This document shows positions 1 to 10,041 of a stretch of 64,000 nucleotides of DNA, in pieces (the first letter of the stretch is position 1; each line of letters starts with the position of its first letter). The stretch is taken from NCBI GenBank assembly GCA_965261395.1, contig OZ253462.1:3648001-3712000 (forward strand), read 5' to 3'. A program made the translations under genes and the position numbers. The DNA is from Candidatus Latescibacterota bacterium. GTDB taxonomy: Bacteria; Latescibacterota; UBA2968; UBA8231. The notes under the pieces are model-generated. The model was not told where the DNA came from. It did not search any database and saw nothing but the letters and a program-made list of their open reading frames with translations.

Positions 1-8
1 ACTACACG

Positions 9-716
9 TTGCGGGTGACCGATCTCCGGCCGATGACGGAGGTGGCGGCCGCGCCGCCGCAGGGTCCACGAGCGCCGATCCCGGAGGTGTTGGGGCCGCC
101 GCACGAAAATCGGGCTGTCGATATTACCGACTACGCGCAAGTGTTGGCCGCCTGCGAGGGCATGGACGCGGCGATCAATGTGTCCGTCGTCCGGCCGCAT
201 CCCGTGCTGGCCTTCCAAGTCAACATGGTCGGCGCGTACAACGTGGCCAAAGCTTGCGTCGCTTGCGGCATAAAAAGGCTGATTCACACCGGGCCTTTTC
301 ACACCTCCCTGAACCACAACGCCGACTATTGGAACGACTTCCAAGTGGAAGCCGACATTCCGCTGCATCCAGGCGACGATCTCTACGCGCTAAGCAAGTA
401 TCTCGGGGGGCACATTACGCGCGTGTTTGCCGAGCGCGAGGGCTTGGAAGTGCTCTCCTTTGTCTATACGCATTTTCGCCCGCGGGAAGTGTTGCCCGAA
501 GAACAAGGGCAGGGAGTGCATCCCTATACGACCTCGTGGGAGGATACCGGGGAGGCGTTCTTGTATGGGTTGAGGGCACCCGAGATGCCGTCGCTGTACG
601 AGAATTTCTTCATTTGTACGCGGCTGCCGCACGACAAGTACCGGCCCGACAAGGCCAAGCGACTCTTGGGGTGGGAAGCCAAGGATCGCTTCGAGGCGTT
701 GTATGCGCGGCCTTAG
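9..716 (+). CDS. NAD-dependent epimerase/dehydratase family protein (5' end probably outside the window)
   Basis: Extended-SDR motifs DITD, VNMVGAYNV and catalytic YALSK (YxxxK); frame is open back to the window start and lacks the N-terminal glycine-rich motif. Confidence 0.8.
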   Translation: MRVTDLRPMTEVAAAPPQGPRAPIPEVLGPPHENRAVDITDYAQVLAACEGMDAAINVSVVRPHPVLAFQVNMVGAYNVAKACVACGIKRLIHTGPFHTSLNHNADYWNDFQVEADIPLHPGDDLYALSKYLGGHITRVFAEREGLEVLSFVYTHFRPREVLPEEQGQGVHPYTTSWEDTGEAFLYGLRAPEMPSLYENFFICTRLPHDKYRPDKAKRLLGWEAKDRFEALYARP

Positions 717-2686
717 TAACTAATCCGATAGATCAGACCGGCCTGATCGTCCGATACCAGCAGTGAACCGTCGGGCATCACGAGCACGTCAACCGGCCGG
801 CCCCAGTTCGACTCTCCTTGCAGCCAGCCTTCGGCAAATGGCTCGTAACTGACTGCTCCGTCGGCAGCCAAGCGCACTAGAGTGAGGCGATAGCCGATCT
901 TGCGGGTGCGGTTCCAAGAGCCGTGTTCGGCGATGAAGATCTGATTGCGGTACTCCGCCGGAAACATGTTGCCCCTGTAAAAGCGCATCCCGAGGGCCGC
1001 TACGTGCGGGCCGAGTTCTTGGACTGGCGAGACGAACTCGTCGCAGCCACGCTGAGCGCCGAACGCTGGATCGGCGATGTCGGTGCCGTGGCAGTAGGGA
1101 TAGCCGAAGTGCTGCCCGTCGGCGGCTACTCGGTTCAGTTCGTCTGGCGGCATATCGTCGCCCAGATGGTCTCTGCCGTTTTCCGTGAACCACATTTCCC
1201 CTGTTTCCGGGTGCCAGTCGAAGCCGACGGAATTGCGCACGCCCCGTGCTACGACCTCGAAGTCACCTGTGGAGGGATCCAACCTGCCGATTGACGCGTA
1301 CGGATCGGGGGAAGCGCAGATGTTGCACGGCGCGCCGACCGGCACGTATAGCAAACCATCCGGGCCAAAGCGGATGAATTTCCAGCCGTGGGAGCGGTCT
1401 GTTGGGAAAGCGTCGTTGACGATCTCCGGCGGCGGCGGGTTGTCGAGGTGTGCTTCGATGTCACGATAGCGCAGGATGCGGCTGATTTCGGCTACGTACA
1501 GGTCGCCGTCCTTGAAGGCGACGCCGTTGGGTCTATTCAGACCGCTGGCGAGGATGATGACTCGCTCTGCCTGGTGATCGCCGTCTTCGTCGCGCAGCGC
1601 GTACAGGCGACCGCCGGATCGGGTGCCGACGAATAGGGTGCCATTTGGGCTGAGGCTCAGTGAGCGAGCGCCGGGTACCCCTTCGGCGTACACGCGAATG
1701 TGGAACCCTTCCGGCAGCTTGAGTTGTGTCAGGCGCGGGTCATTGGGTGGTGGTGGATCTACCGACTTGCCGATCTCCGCAGGTAGCGACGGGTCGGATG
1801 GATCGACGCTGTACGTCTCGATGAGCTGGGCGTCGGCTAGGTCAATCTGCCCGTCTTGGCTGACATCGCCCAAGGATATGTCGCCGTTGTTGGGCAGAGC
1901 GATGGAGGGGTCTTCGCTGTACAGGGCGACCAGCAGTGCATCGGCCCGATCGACGCGGCCGTTGTTATCGAGGTCGCCCAACAGCCTGCTCACCGCCACC
2001 GTATCCCGGGGAACGCTTTCGAGTAATTCGACCACGATCTCGACGGGCGCTCCGTCAGCACGCACCCGAAAGGCTGGGTCCGCGTAGGCGATCAGTGCTT
2101 GGCCTGAGACGGTCAACCCATATACCTGCGCTGCTCCCACTAACTCCGTGTCTGCCGGACCCTCAGAGATGCTCCCAACCGCCCCGTCGAGTAACACCAT
2201 CGACTGAGTTAAACGCATCCCATCGCCAACTAGCCGGTAGAGATACAATCCTGCCGCGACTCCATGCCCTGCCGCATCCGTACCATTCCAAGTCGCCGTG
2301 TGAAAGCCCGCCGGTTGCTCCGCATCCACCAACGTCGCTAGGCGCTGACCCAGGACGTTGAACACCTCCAGCCGCACGCGGGTCGAGACCGGCAGTTGAT
2401 AGGGAATGATTGTGGAAGGATTAAACGGGTTGGGGTAATTCTGCCCTAAGTAAAACTGTTCTGGCAGGGCGGTCGTACTCAATGCCGCTAGAGGCAGGGC
2501 GAAATAGCCATTCTCATCGGTGGTAGCGCGGACCGAGCGGCTCAGGTCGGTCGGAGCAAACAGCCGCACTTGCGCGCCGCCGACCGGCTGTCCGGAGGCC
2601 AGCCGCACCCGTCCTTCGATCAATGTCTCGGCGCTGGCACCGACGACTAAGAGCAGTCCCATGAGGTGTCCGATTATCAACCTCAT
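713..2686 (-). CDS. Secreted glucose/sorbosone dehydrogenase-family beta-propeller protein with N-terminal Ig/FlgD-like and dockerin-like modules
   Basis: Signal peptide; LGQNYPNPFNPST...VFNVLGQ...WNGTD (FlgD_ig/CTD-like); paired GDLDNNGRVD/GDVSQDGQID repeats; C-terminal HGWKFIRFGPDG, GVRNSVG, EHGSWNR, GRPVDV motifs. Confidence 0.85.
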   Translation of the reverse strand: MRLIIGHLMGLLLVVGASAETLIEGRVRLASGQPVGGAQVRLFAPTDLSRSVRATTDENGYFALPLAALSTTALPEQFYLGQNYPNPFNPSTIIPYQLPVSTRVRLEVFNVLGQRLATLVDAEQPAGFHTATWNGTDAAGHGVAAGLYLYRLVGDGMRLTQSMVLLDGAVGSISEGPADTELVGAAQVYGLTVSGQALIAYADPAFRVRADGAPVEIVVELLESVPRDTVAVSRLLGDLDNNGRVDRADALLVALYSEDPSIALPNNGDISLGDVSQDGQIDLADAQLIETYSVDPSDPSLPAEIGKSVDPPPPNDPRLTQLKLPEGFHIRVYAEGVPGARSLSLSPNGTLFVGTRSGGRLYALRDEDGDHQAERVIILASGLNRPNGVAFKDGDLYVAEISRILRYRDIEAHLDNPPPPEIVNDAFPTDRSHGWKFIRFGPDGLLYVPVGAPCNICASPDPYASIGRLDPSTGDFEVVARGVRNSVGFDWHPETGEMWFTENGRDHLGDDMPPDELNRVAADGQHFGYPYCHGTDIADPAFGAQRGCDEFVSPVQELGPHVAALGMRFYRGNMFPAEYRNQIFIAEHGSWNRTRKIGYRLTLVRLAADGAVSYEPFAEGWLQGESNWGRPVDVLVMPDGSLLVSDDQAGLIYRISY

Positions 2687-2711
2687 AACGCTCGTTCCCT
2701 AAAGAGTGGTA

Positions 2712-2865
2712 GTATGCCAAGCGGCATGGACGACTTCACAGCAGTGCTTCGGTTAGCTCGGTGAAAGGGTGCGGCTTGAAGGTACCTATTTCTTCAACCG
2801 GGACAATGCGGTTGGCTGCCAGATGGGCCAAAAAGTCCGCCTCGCCATTGGACAGAGCCACTAGG
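2712..2865 (-). pseudogene. Diverged, internally deleted copy of the 3' part of the haloacid dehalogenase gene at 6294-6989
   Basis: Minus strand encodes FTELTEALL* (same as the HAD C-terminus); shares ccaaaaagtccgcctcgccattggacagagc and gcggcttgaagg with 6505-6625; one deletion lies between atgcggt microhomologies. Confidence 0.85.
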
Positions 2866-2946
2866 TAGTAGTAATAGTATTAGCCATCTGCACGAAATTG
2901 AACGTTAGTTCCTTACACATCTCAACCCAGAAAAAGGAGAGGCCAT

Positions 2947-5900
2947 ATGCGACTCTGGAGCAAGTGCATTTTTATAACCCTACTTTTGGCCTTGCCTGTC
3001 GCCCACGCTCAGGCCGAATCAACGGGTACCATTGTGGGGACTGTCGTCGATGCTGAGAAAGGGATGGTGCTAGATCTCGCCCAAGTCTATATCGCGGAGT
3101 TGAACAAGAGCGCGGTATGGGACGCGGACGGTCGCTTCACCATGGCCGATGTCCCCGCTGGCGAGCATCTGCTCGCAGCCGAATTGATCGGCTACGAAAG
3201 CGCAGCCACCACCGTCGTGGTCGTCGAGGGAGAGACCGCGACCGTCGAGCTGGAGCTGATGGCCAAGGCGGTCGAATTGGAGGAAGTGGTGGTGACCGGT
3301 ACCGCCTTTAAGGAATCCCCTATCAGCTTGCCCTACGCAGTCGCGGTGACCGGCCGGGAAAAGATGGCCGAACAAGGGTCGCCGCAGGCGGTTGATTTCT
3401 TCAAGAACTTGAGCGCCAGCCACGGGGTGATCGGCGAGCGCAGCAGTTGGTACAACGCCAACCAAGCCGCCACCCTTTCCGAGAACATTGCTAACGTGAA
3501 CCTGCGTGGCTTGGGAGCCTCGCGGACGCTGGTGTTGATCAACAGCCGTCGCCAGACCTATGTCCCGGCGCGCTTGATCGGTGGGCGCTTCGTCGATGTA
3601 AATGCCATCCCAGCCATCGCCATAGACCGGGTCGAGGTGCTCAAGGAGGGGGCCTCGGCCATCTATGGATCGGATGCAGTGGCCGGCGTTGCCAATTTCT
3701 TGACTCGCGCCGACTTCGAGGGCTTTGAGGTCTCGGCCGCGCACGAGTATTTCGCCGGTGCGGGCGATACCAACGCCGGCGCGATCTGGGGTGGGAAACT
3801 CGGCAGTGCCCATGCGATTGTTGCTGGGGAATGGAGGGGACGGCAAAAGTTGCCGGCCTCCGAAAGGGACTACCTGCTGCAGCCGTGGCACGGCGGCGGG
3901 CAGCGCCTCGGATGGTCGAGCTTGGGGAACCCGGGCACTTTCGCCGTTGGCGCGCCGGCCCCTTGGACCGCTGCCATCCACGCCCCGCGTTGCGAGCAGT
4001 TTGGCGGCTTTCGGGAATCTTGGACTTGCCGCTTCCGCTATCAGCAGTATGAGAATCTGATCGAGGACATGAGCCATATCCGTGCTTTTACCGAAATCAA
4101 CGGTGAGCTGGACAATGGCACGGAGTATCACCTTGAGGGCTTGTGGGCCGAGGCTGAGATTCCCGAGTGGTACACCACGCCTTCGTACCCTCCCTTCCCC
4201 CTGACAGACACGAGCATCATGGAAGTCGCGCCCAACCACCCGGGCCGGGAGGCCTTCTGCGCGGACTACGGCGCTGAGGAAGGCGACCTGTACTACAACG
4301 AATGCCAAGGCGGCGATAACTGGTATCTCAATGGCCGTCCATTTGGCAACTCGGGTCCTGGGCGCATACTGGGCCGCGACTCCCGCACGTGGCGCGTGGC
4401 GGCTTCCGCCAATGGCGATTTTGTGGCACTCGGTGATCGAGAGACCCATTTTGATCTGGGTCTGTCCTATTCCCGCACCGAGGGCAACTACAACCTGCCG
4501 GGGGTGTACATCGAGCGGCTGTTCCTCGGCTTCCGCGGGTTTGGCGGACCCGATTGCGGCGTTGGCGTGGATGCCGATCTTTCGTCTCTTGCTGGGATGC
4601 GGCTCGGCCCACTCAACGGCCAAGTGGCGGGTCAGGGCGACTGCCAGTACTACAACCCCTTCGGCAATGCCATCGAGTTCGCGGATCAATATGGCGCGGA
4701 TTTTGCAACTCAAGCGAATCCCGATTACCGCGCCAACCTTGCCAACAGCCCCGAGTTGCGACACTGGCTCAATCAGGAAGTTGATCTACAGAGTACCGCG
4801 GATATACTGGTCGCCGATGCGACGTTGAGCGGCACTTGGATTGAGGATGTCGCCAGTTACGCGGCCGGCTACCAGTTCCGCCTGCTCAATGCCAGCGGCG
4901 ATCCCAACGACGAGGGCGACGTGACCATCAACCCCTGCCCGGTGGTGGGCGATGAGACCTGCTCAGCCGAGGACAGGTTCGGTCCCTATGCGTTCACCAA
5001 TGTGAATCGGCCGTATGATGAATCGCAGACGGTGCATCGCGTCTTTGCCGAGATTCCCCTGAGCTTGGGATCGCGCTTTGACACCCAACTCGCCGCCAAC
5101 TACGAGTTCCACGATGTGGCGAGCAGTTTCGATCCCAAGTTTGGGTGGCGCTATCAGCTAGTGGAATCTTCGACTCAATCCGTGTTTCTGCGCGGCTCGG
5201 TGCAGACGACGTTCCGCACGCCATCGCTGGACGATGTGAATGAAAGTCCGCTTTCGACGCTCGAGTGGATCAATGAGACGGGTGCCTATCAAACGGTGGA
5301 CCGATTCGGCAGCAAGGATCTCAAACCCGAACAGGCTTTTACCTATAATGCGGGCTTTGTCTTAGTCACCGAGGAGGGCTTTGATGCGACGTTTGACTAC
5401 TGGAGCTACGATTTCAAGGATGTAATCGGGGCCATGCCGCACGGGGCCATTACCGCCTTATATGCCGATGAAGCCAATAATGAGGCCCTGAAGCAGTTCA
5501 TTTTCTGCCCGGACGGGATCGGTACGGGCACGTGCGCGGCCTCAGAACTGGAGCGGGTGCAAGTTGATATCATCAATTGGCCAGGGGTCAAGACCTCGGG
5601 GATTGATTTGCATCTGGGCGGGCACACGGACGCCGGAGTGGGGGAATTTTCGCTCAACTTGGACGCTACGTACACGCTGGAGTACCGGACGAAGGCCTTA
5701 GAGCACCTGCACGAGAAGGCAGACGCTACCGTCGACACGTTGGTGCTTCAGGATGCGGCAGACGCGGCCGGCTACCTGAACTTTGGCAATCCCATTGCAA
5801 CCTCGCTACCGAAGTTGAAGGGGCAGGTGTCGGCGGGCTATTACTGGGAAGCCTACCGCCTCGTGAGCTTCTTGAACTACATTTCGTCGTACGAGGACCG

Positions 5901-6159
5901 GGGGTCAATGGATCAGGAAGGGGAAGATAATATCGCTGATAAGGTCGAAGAAGTATTCGGCACCATTGACTCGTTCGTCACTTGGGATGTGAGCTTGCTG
6001 TGGGACTTGTCCGAGGGCGTCAATATCGCGCTGTCGGGGATGAACCTGCTCGACACTATGCCGCCGCTGGTCAACATCGAGCAAGCGTACGACGGCTTTA
6101 CACACGACCCCAAGGGACGACGGGTGAAGCTGGCCGTGTCCTATAATTTTGGCGGGTGA
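2947..6159 (+). CDS. TonB-dependent outer-membrane receptor with N-terminal carboxypeptidase-regulatory-like domain
   Basis: RBS aaggag; signal peptide; EEVVVTG TonB box; plug motif NLRGLGASRTLVLIN...IDRVEVLKEGASAIYGSDAVAGVANF; C-terminal strand GRRVKLAVSYNF. Confidence 0.92.
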   Translation: MRLWSKCIFITLLLALPVAHAQAESTGTIVGTVVDAEKGMVLDLAQVYIAELNKSAVWDADGRFTMADVPAGEHLLAAELIGYESAATTVVVVEGETATVELELMAKAVELEEVVVTGTAFKESPISLPYAVAVTGREKMAEQGSPQAVDFFKNLSASHGVIGERSSWYNANQAATLSENIANVNLRGLGASRTLVLINSRRQTYVPARLIGGRFVDVNAIPAIAIDRVEVLKEGASAIYGSDAVAGVANFLTRADFEGFEVSAAHEYFAGAGDTNAGAIWGGKLGSAHAIVAGEWRGRQKLPASERDYLLQPWHGGGQRLGWSSLGNPGTFAVGAPAPWTAAIHAPRCEQFGGFRESWTCRFRYQQYENLIEDMSHIRAFTEINGELDNGTEYHLEGLWAEAEIPEWYTTPSYPPFPLTDTSIMEVAPNHPGREAFCADYGAEEGDLYYNECQGGDNWYLNGRPFGNSGPGRILGRDSRTWRVAASANGDFVALGDRETHFDLGLSYSRTEGNYNLPGVYIERLFLGFRGFGGPDCGVGVDADLSSLAGMRLGPLNGQVAGQGDCQYYNPFGNAIEFADQYGADFATQANPDYRANLANSPELRHWLNQEVDLQSTADILVADATLSGTWIEDVASYAAGYQFRLLNASGDPNDEGDVTINPCPVVGDETCSAEDRFGPYAFTNVNRPYDESQTVHRVFAEIPLSLGSRFDTQLAANYEFHDVASSFDPKFGWRYQLVESSTQSVFLRGSVQTTFRTPSLDDVNESPLSTLEWINETGAYQTVDRFGSKDLKPEQAFTYNAGFVLVTEEGFDATFDYWSYDFKDVIGAMPHGAITALYADEANNEALKQFIFCPDGIGTGTCAASELERVQVDIINWPGVKTSGIDLHLGGHTDAGVGEFSLNLDATYTLEYRTKALEHLHEKADATVDTLVLQDAADAAGYLNFGNPIATSLPKLKGQVSAGYYWEAYRLVSFLNYISSYEDRGSMDQEGEDNIADKVEEVFGTIDSFVTWDVSLLWDLSEGVNIALSGMNLLDTMPPLVNIEQAYDGFTHDPKGRRVKLAVSYNFGG

Positions 6160-6174
6160 CGTCTGGCGGCGACC

Positions 6175-6201
6175 TGCGGTATTGTTGGACTTTACTTAAA
6201 G
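6175..6201 (+). pseudogene. 27-nt relic of the 5' start of mgsA
   Basis: tgcggtattgttggactttacttaaag (CGIVGLYLK) vs 7093-7119 tgcggcattgttgggctatacgtaaaa (CGIVGLYVK); 22/27 identical, four of five differences at third codon positions. Confidence 0.6.
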
Positions 6202-6243
6202 AGGGCGGCTAGCGGAGAAGATTGGTCCGCTAGCCGCTCTTTT
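6198..6243. terminator. Bidirectional intrinsic terminator between convergent TBDR and HAD genes
   Basis: Stem agggcggctagcgga / tccgctagccgctct with an A run before and a T run after. Confidence 0.75.
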
Positions 6244-6293
6244 GCTCGTCTGCATGACTGATCGCGACGTATAGCCGAGCGGTATAGGCGGCT

Positions 6294-6989
6294 TTACAAC
6301 AGCGCCTCGGTTAGCTCGGTAAAATTTCCCACCTCCACATCGGGCCGGTACGGCGTTTCTTCGTAGGGCAGGGCGTTGCGGTTGACGAAAGCCCCCCTCA
6401 TGCCACAGGCCCGCGCCCCCATCACATCGAATGAATTGGCTGAAACCATCATGCACTGTCCCACTTCTAGGTGCAGCGAGGTTGCGGCCCGACGGTACAC
6501 CCCAGGATGCGGCTTGAAGGCACCTACTTCCTCGACCGAGACGATGCGGTCGAAGTCCCAGCCAATGCGGTTGGTCGCCAGATGGACCAAAAAGTCCGCC
6601 TCGCCATTGGACAGAGCGACTAGGCGATAGCGCTTCTTTAGCTTTTCAAGGGCCGCTCTCACATCGGCGAAGGGGTTGAGGTGCTGCCAGGCTTCCATGA
6701 GCCGGGGGACATCCCCTGCGGTCGCGTTTATTCCCTCCAAAGCCAAGACGTAGATCAAGGCTCGCCGCACCGTCTCCAAATAGCCGCTGTGGCCCAACAG
6801 GAGAATGTTGTCCTGATATTGCTCTAGGCGCTGGCGCGCCCGCCATTGGTTCCACAGGTGCTCGGGCGCGACTGGAGATCCTTTATCACGCAAGTAGGAC
6901 GCGATGGCCGGGGTCAGACTGCCGCCCAAGTCGAGAACGGTGCCGAATAGGTCGAAGGTGAGGGCTTGTACCGTCGAAAATTTGGTCAT
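6294..6989 (-). CDS. Haloacid dehalogenase, type II (HAD superfamily)
   Basis: FDLFGTVLD motif I, LSNG, FKPHPGVY, VSANSFDVMGA. Confidence 0.9.
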   Translation of the reverse strand: MTKFSTVQALTFDLFGTVLDLGGSLTPAIASYLRDKGSPVAPEHLWNQWRARQRLEQYQDNILLLGHSGYLETVRRALIYVLALEGINATAGDVPRLMEAWQHLNPFADVRAALEKLKKRYRLVALSNGEADFLVHLATNRIGWDFDRIVSVEEVGAFKPHPGVYRRAATSLHLEVGQCMMVSANSFDVMGARACGMRGAFVNRNALPYEETPYRPDVEVGNFTELTEALL

Positions 6990-7089
6990 ATTATTTGCCT
7001 TGTTGTGTTTGTTGCGCGCTAAGCGATTGCGTAATTTACTCTATCTGCGAGCGGTAGAACAAGCACCTTATTAGAATGACTAGTATGCA

Positions 7090-7992
7090 ATGTGCGGCAT
7101 TGTTGGGCTATACGTAAAAAAACGCGACTTGGCCGACCAACTCGGCGCGCTGTTCGCCGAGATGCTGATATGCATGAGCGACCGCGGCCCCGATAGCGCG
7201 GGGTTGGCGCTCTATGGCAATGAGCAGCCGGAAGGCTTTATCAAGGTCACCTTGCGGCACGCGGCCGACGACTACGACTGGCCGGGGCTGGCCGACCAAC
7301 TCGGTGCGCGCTTTAGCTGCGAGGCGAGCCTGCGCGTCAACGCCAACTACGCGGTCATCGCAGTGCGCGCCGACGCCGAAGCACTGGGGCAGACGCTGGC
7401 TGGCTCAGACCCTAACCTGACGGTAATGAGCATCGGCCGCAGCATCGAGATCCTCAAAGAGATCGGCGCGCCCGCTGAGATCGTTGATCGCTTTGGCGTG
7501 CGCAAGATGCGCGGCACGCACATCATCGGCCACACGCGCATGGCCACCGAGAGCGCGGTGACCACCGACGGCTCGCATCCCTTTTCCACGGGCATGGACC
7601 TCTGCTTAGTACACAACGGGTCGCTGAGCAACCACAATCGGCTGCGCACGCGCCTGGAGCGCAGCGGGATCGAAATCCGCACGGAAAACGATTCGGAAGT
7701 GGCCGCTGGCTATTTGATGTGGCGGATGCAGCAGGGGGATACCTTGCAAGCGGCCCTGCAAGCGGCGCTCGACGATCTGGACGGCTTCTATACCTTTGCC
7801 ATTGGCACGGCCGATGGCTTTGCGGTCTTGCGCGACCCGATCGCCTGCAAGCCAGCGGTGCTGGCCGAGACGGACGCGTACGTGGCGATGGCCAGCGAGT
7901 TCCAGGCGCTATCGGGCTTGCCGGGGATCGACGACGCGGAGGTCTGGGAGCCCAAGCCGGCGCGGGTGTACACTTGGGGGGGAGCCAATTGA
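7090..7992 (+). CDS. mgsA: N-methylglutamate synthase subunit A (class II glutamine amidotransferase, GlxB)
   Basis: N-terminal MCGIVG, RGPDSAG, GHTRMATES, HNG, NDSE; context with GlxC/GlxD/GmaS/Sox genes. Confidence 0.88.
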   Translation: MCGIVGLYVKKRDLADQLGALFAEMLICMSDRGPDSAGLALYGNEQPEGFIKVTLRHAADDYDWPGLADQLGARFSCEASLRVNANYAVIAVRADAEALGQTLAGSDPNLTVMSIGRSIEILKEIGAPAEIVDRFGVRKMRGTHIIGHTRMATESAVTTDGSHPFSTGMDLCLVHNGSLSNHNRLRTRLERSGIEIRTENDSEVAAGYLMWRMQQGDTLQAALQAALDDLDGFYTFAIGTADGFAVLRDPIACKPAVLAETDAYVAMASEFQALSGLPGIDDAEVWEPKPARVYTWGGAN

Positions 7993-8684
7993 TGGGCGCG
8001 GAGGTTTTCGACTTGGCGACCGGGGCGTTGCGCCAGCTCAACCAGCGCCTGCACGACCTGACCGAGGAGACGGCCAAGGCGCCGTGGCGGATTCTGCATC
8101 CACGCGGTGCGCACGCAGTGGCCGCCGGGGTCGATGCGCCGGTGGAGATCGATATCGAAGGCCATGTTGGCTACTATTGCGCTGGCATGAATCAGCACGC
8201 TCGCATCACCGTCCACGGGATGGTCGGGGTCGGAGTGGCCGAGAACATGATGTCGGGGCTGGTGAGAGTGAAGGGCCACGCCAGTCAGTGCGCTGGGGCT
8301 ACCGGGCACGGCGGTCTGCTGGTCATCGAGGGCGATGCGGCGAGCCGCTGCGGGATTTCGATGAAGGGGATCGATATTGTGGTCGGCGGCTCGGTCGGCC
8401 ACAGCAGTTGCTTTATGGCCCAAGCCGGCAACTTAGTCGTCTGCGGCGATGCCGACGAGGCCTTGGGCGACTCGCTGTACGAGGCGCGGATTTTCGTTCG
8501 CGGCCGGGTCGCGGGCTTGGGGGCCGACTGCATTGAAAAGCCCATGCGCGACGAGCACTTGAGCGCGTTGGCCGAGTTGCTGGCGCGAGCGGATTTGCCC
8601 GATGTTCGCCCCGAGGAATTCCGCCGCTATGGCTCGGCGCGCCAGCTTTACAACTTCAAAGTAGATAACGCATCCGAGTATTAG
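7992..8684 (+). CDS. mgsB: N-methylglutamate synthase subunit B (GXGXG-domain, GlxC)
   Basis: ATG at 7992 overlaps the upstream stop (TGATG); GYYCAGMN, GVAENMMSG, RCGISMKG. Confidence 0.88.
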   Translation: MGAEVFDLATGALRQLNQRLHDLTEETAKAPWRILHPRGAHAVAAGVDAPVEIDIEGHVGYYCAGMNQHARITVHGMVGVGVAENMMSGLVRVKGHASQCAGATGHGGLLVIEGDAASRCGISMKGIDIVVGGSVGHSSCFMAQAGNLVVCGDADEALGDSLYEARIFVRGRVAGLGADCIEKPMRDEHLSALAELLARADLPDVRPEEFRRYGSARQLYNFKVDNASEY

Positions 8685-8691
8685 AAGGTCT

Positions 8692-10041
8692 ATGACGCAA
8701 TCACACCACAGCCAAGAGGGCCTGCGCGAATCGGCGACCTTTGGCCGCGACGTCATCTATGAGATCCAGCGCGCCGCGCGCACTGGGATCTACGATATCC
8801 GCGGCTGGGGGGCCAAGCGCCGGGTGCCCCATTTTGACGACTTGGTCTTTTTGGGCGCGAGCATGTCGCGCTATCCGCTGGAAGGCTACCGCGAGCGCTG
8901 CGACACCGATGTGGTGTTGGGCACGCGCTACGCCAAAAACCCGATCCGCCTCGACATCCCCGTCACTATCGCGGGAATGAGCTTTGGCTCGCTGTCGGCG
9001 CAGGCCAAAGAAGCGCTCGGCCGCGGTGCCAGCGAGGTGGGTACGAGCACCACGACCGGCGACGGCGGGATGACGCCGGAGGAGCGCGAACAGTCGCGGA
9101 TTTTGGTCTATCAGCTTTTGCCCTCGCGCTACGGCATGAACCCCGACGATTTGCGGAAGGCCGATGCCATTGAGGTGGTGCTCGGCCAGGGGGCCAAGCC
9201 CGGCGGCGGCGGCATGCTGTTGGGCCAGAAGATCAGCGACCGCGTCGCCCAGATGCGGACCTTGCCCAAGGACATCGACCAGCGCTCGGCCTGCCGCCAC
9301 CCGGACTGGACCGGCCCCGACGACTTGGCGATCAAAATTGTGGAATTGCGCGAGATCACCGACTGGAAGGTGCCGATCTACGTCAAAATCGGCGCGACCC
9401 GGACCTACTACGACACGCTCTTGGCGATCAAGGCCGGAGCCGACGTGGTGGTGCTCGATGGGATGCAGGGCGGCACGGGCGCGACCCAAGATGTGTTCAT
9501 CGAGCACGTGGGGATCCCGACTCTACCAGCCGTGCGCCAAGCCGTGGAAGCGCTCGACGAATTGGATATGCACCGCAAGGTGCAGCTCATTGTGTCTGGG
9601 GGCATTCGCAGCGGCGCGGATGTGGCCAAGGCCCTGGCGATGGGGGCGGACGCCTGTTCGATTGGCACAGCCGCGCTCATTGCGCTGGGCGACAACAGCC
9701 CGCATTTGGACGCCGAATACCGCCAAATTGGCTCGGCCGCTGGCTTTTACGACGACTTGCAGGACGGCCAAGACCCGGCCGGCATCTCGACCCAGAACGA
9801 CACATTGGCCCAGCGTCTCGACCCGGTGGCTGGAGGCCGACAGCTTGCCAATTATCTGCGGGTAATGACCATGGAGTGCCAGACCATTGCCCGCGCCTGC
9901 GGCAAATCGCACGTACACAACCTAGAGCCAGAGGACTTGGCGGCGCTGACTATTGAGGCGGCAGCCATGGCCAAGATCCCTTTGGCTGGGACGGATTGGA
10001 TTCCTGGAAACACGCCAACTAAAGGAGCCTGCTGTGACTGA
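8692..10041 (+). CDS. mgsC: N-methylglutamate synthase subunit C (FMN-binding glutamate synthase family, GlxD)
   Basis: MSFGSLS, TTGDGG, GQGAKPGGGG, DGMQGGTG, SGGIR motifs. Confidence 0.9.
   Translation: MTQSHHSQEGLRESATFGRDVIYEIQRAARTGIYDIRGWGAKRRVPHFDDLVFLGASMSRYPLEGYRERCDTDVVLGTRYAKNPIRLDIPVTIAGMSFGSLSAQAKEALGRGASEVGTSTTTGDGGMTPEEREQSRILVYQLLPSRYGMNPDDLRKADAIEVVLGQGAKPGGGGMLLGQKISDRVAQMRTLPKDIDQRSACRHPDWTGPDDLAIKIVELREITDWKVPIYVKIGATRTYYDTLLAIKAGADVVVLDGMQGGTGATQDVFIEHVGIPTLPAVRQAVEALDELDMHRKVQLIVSGGIRSGADVAKALAMGADACSIGTAALIALGDNSPHLDAEYRQIGSAAGFYDDLQDGQDPAGISTQNDTLAQRLDPVAGGRQLANYLRVMTMECQTIARACGKSHVHNLEPEDLAALTIEAAAMAKIPLAGTDWIPGNTPTKGACCD

Noticed and set aside
3070-4764. 564-aa minus-strand ORF
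   Set aside because: Antisense shadow of the TonB-dependent receptor in GC-rich DNA; no recognisable motifs.
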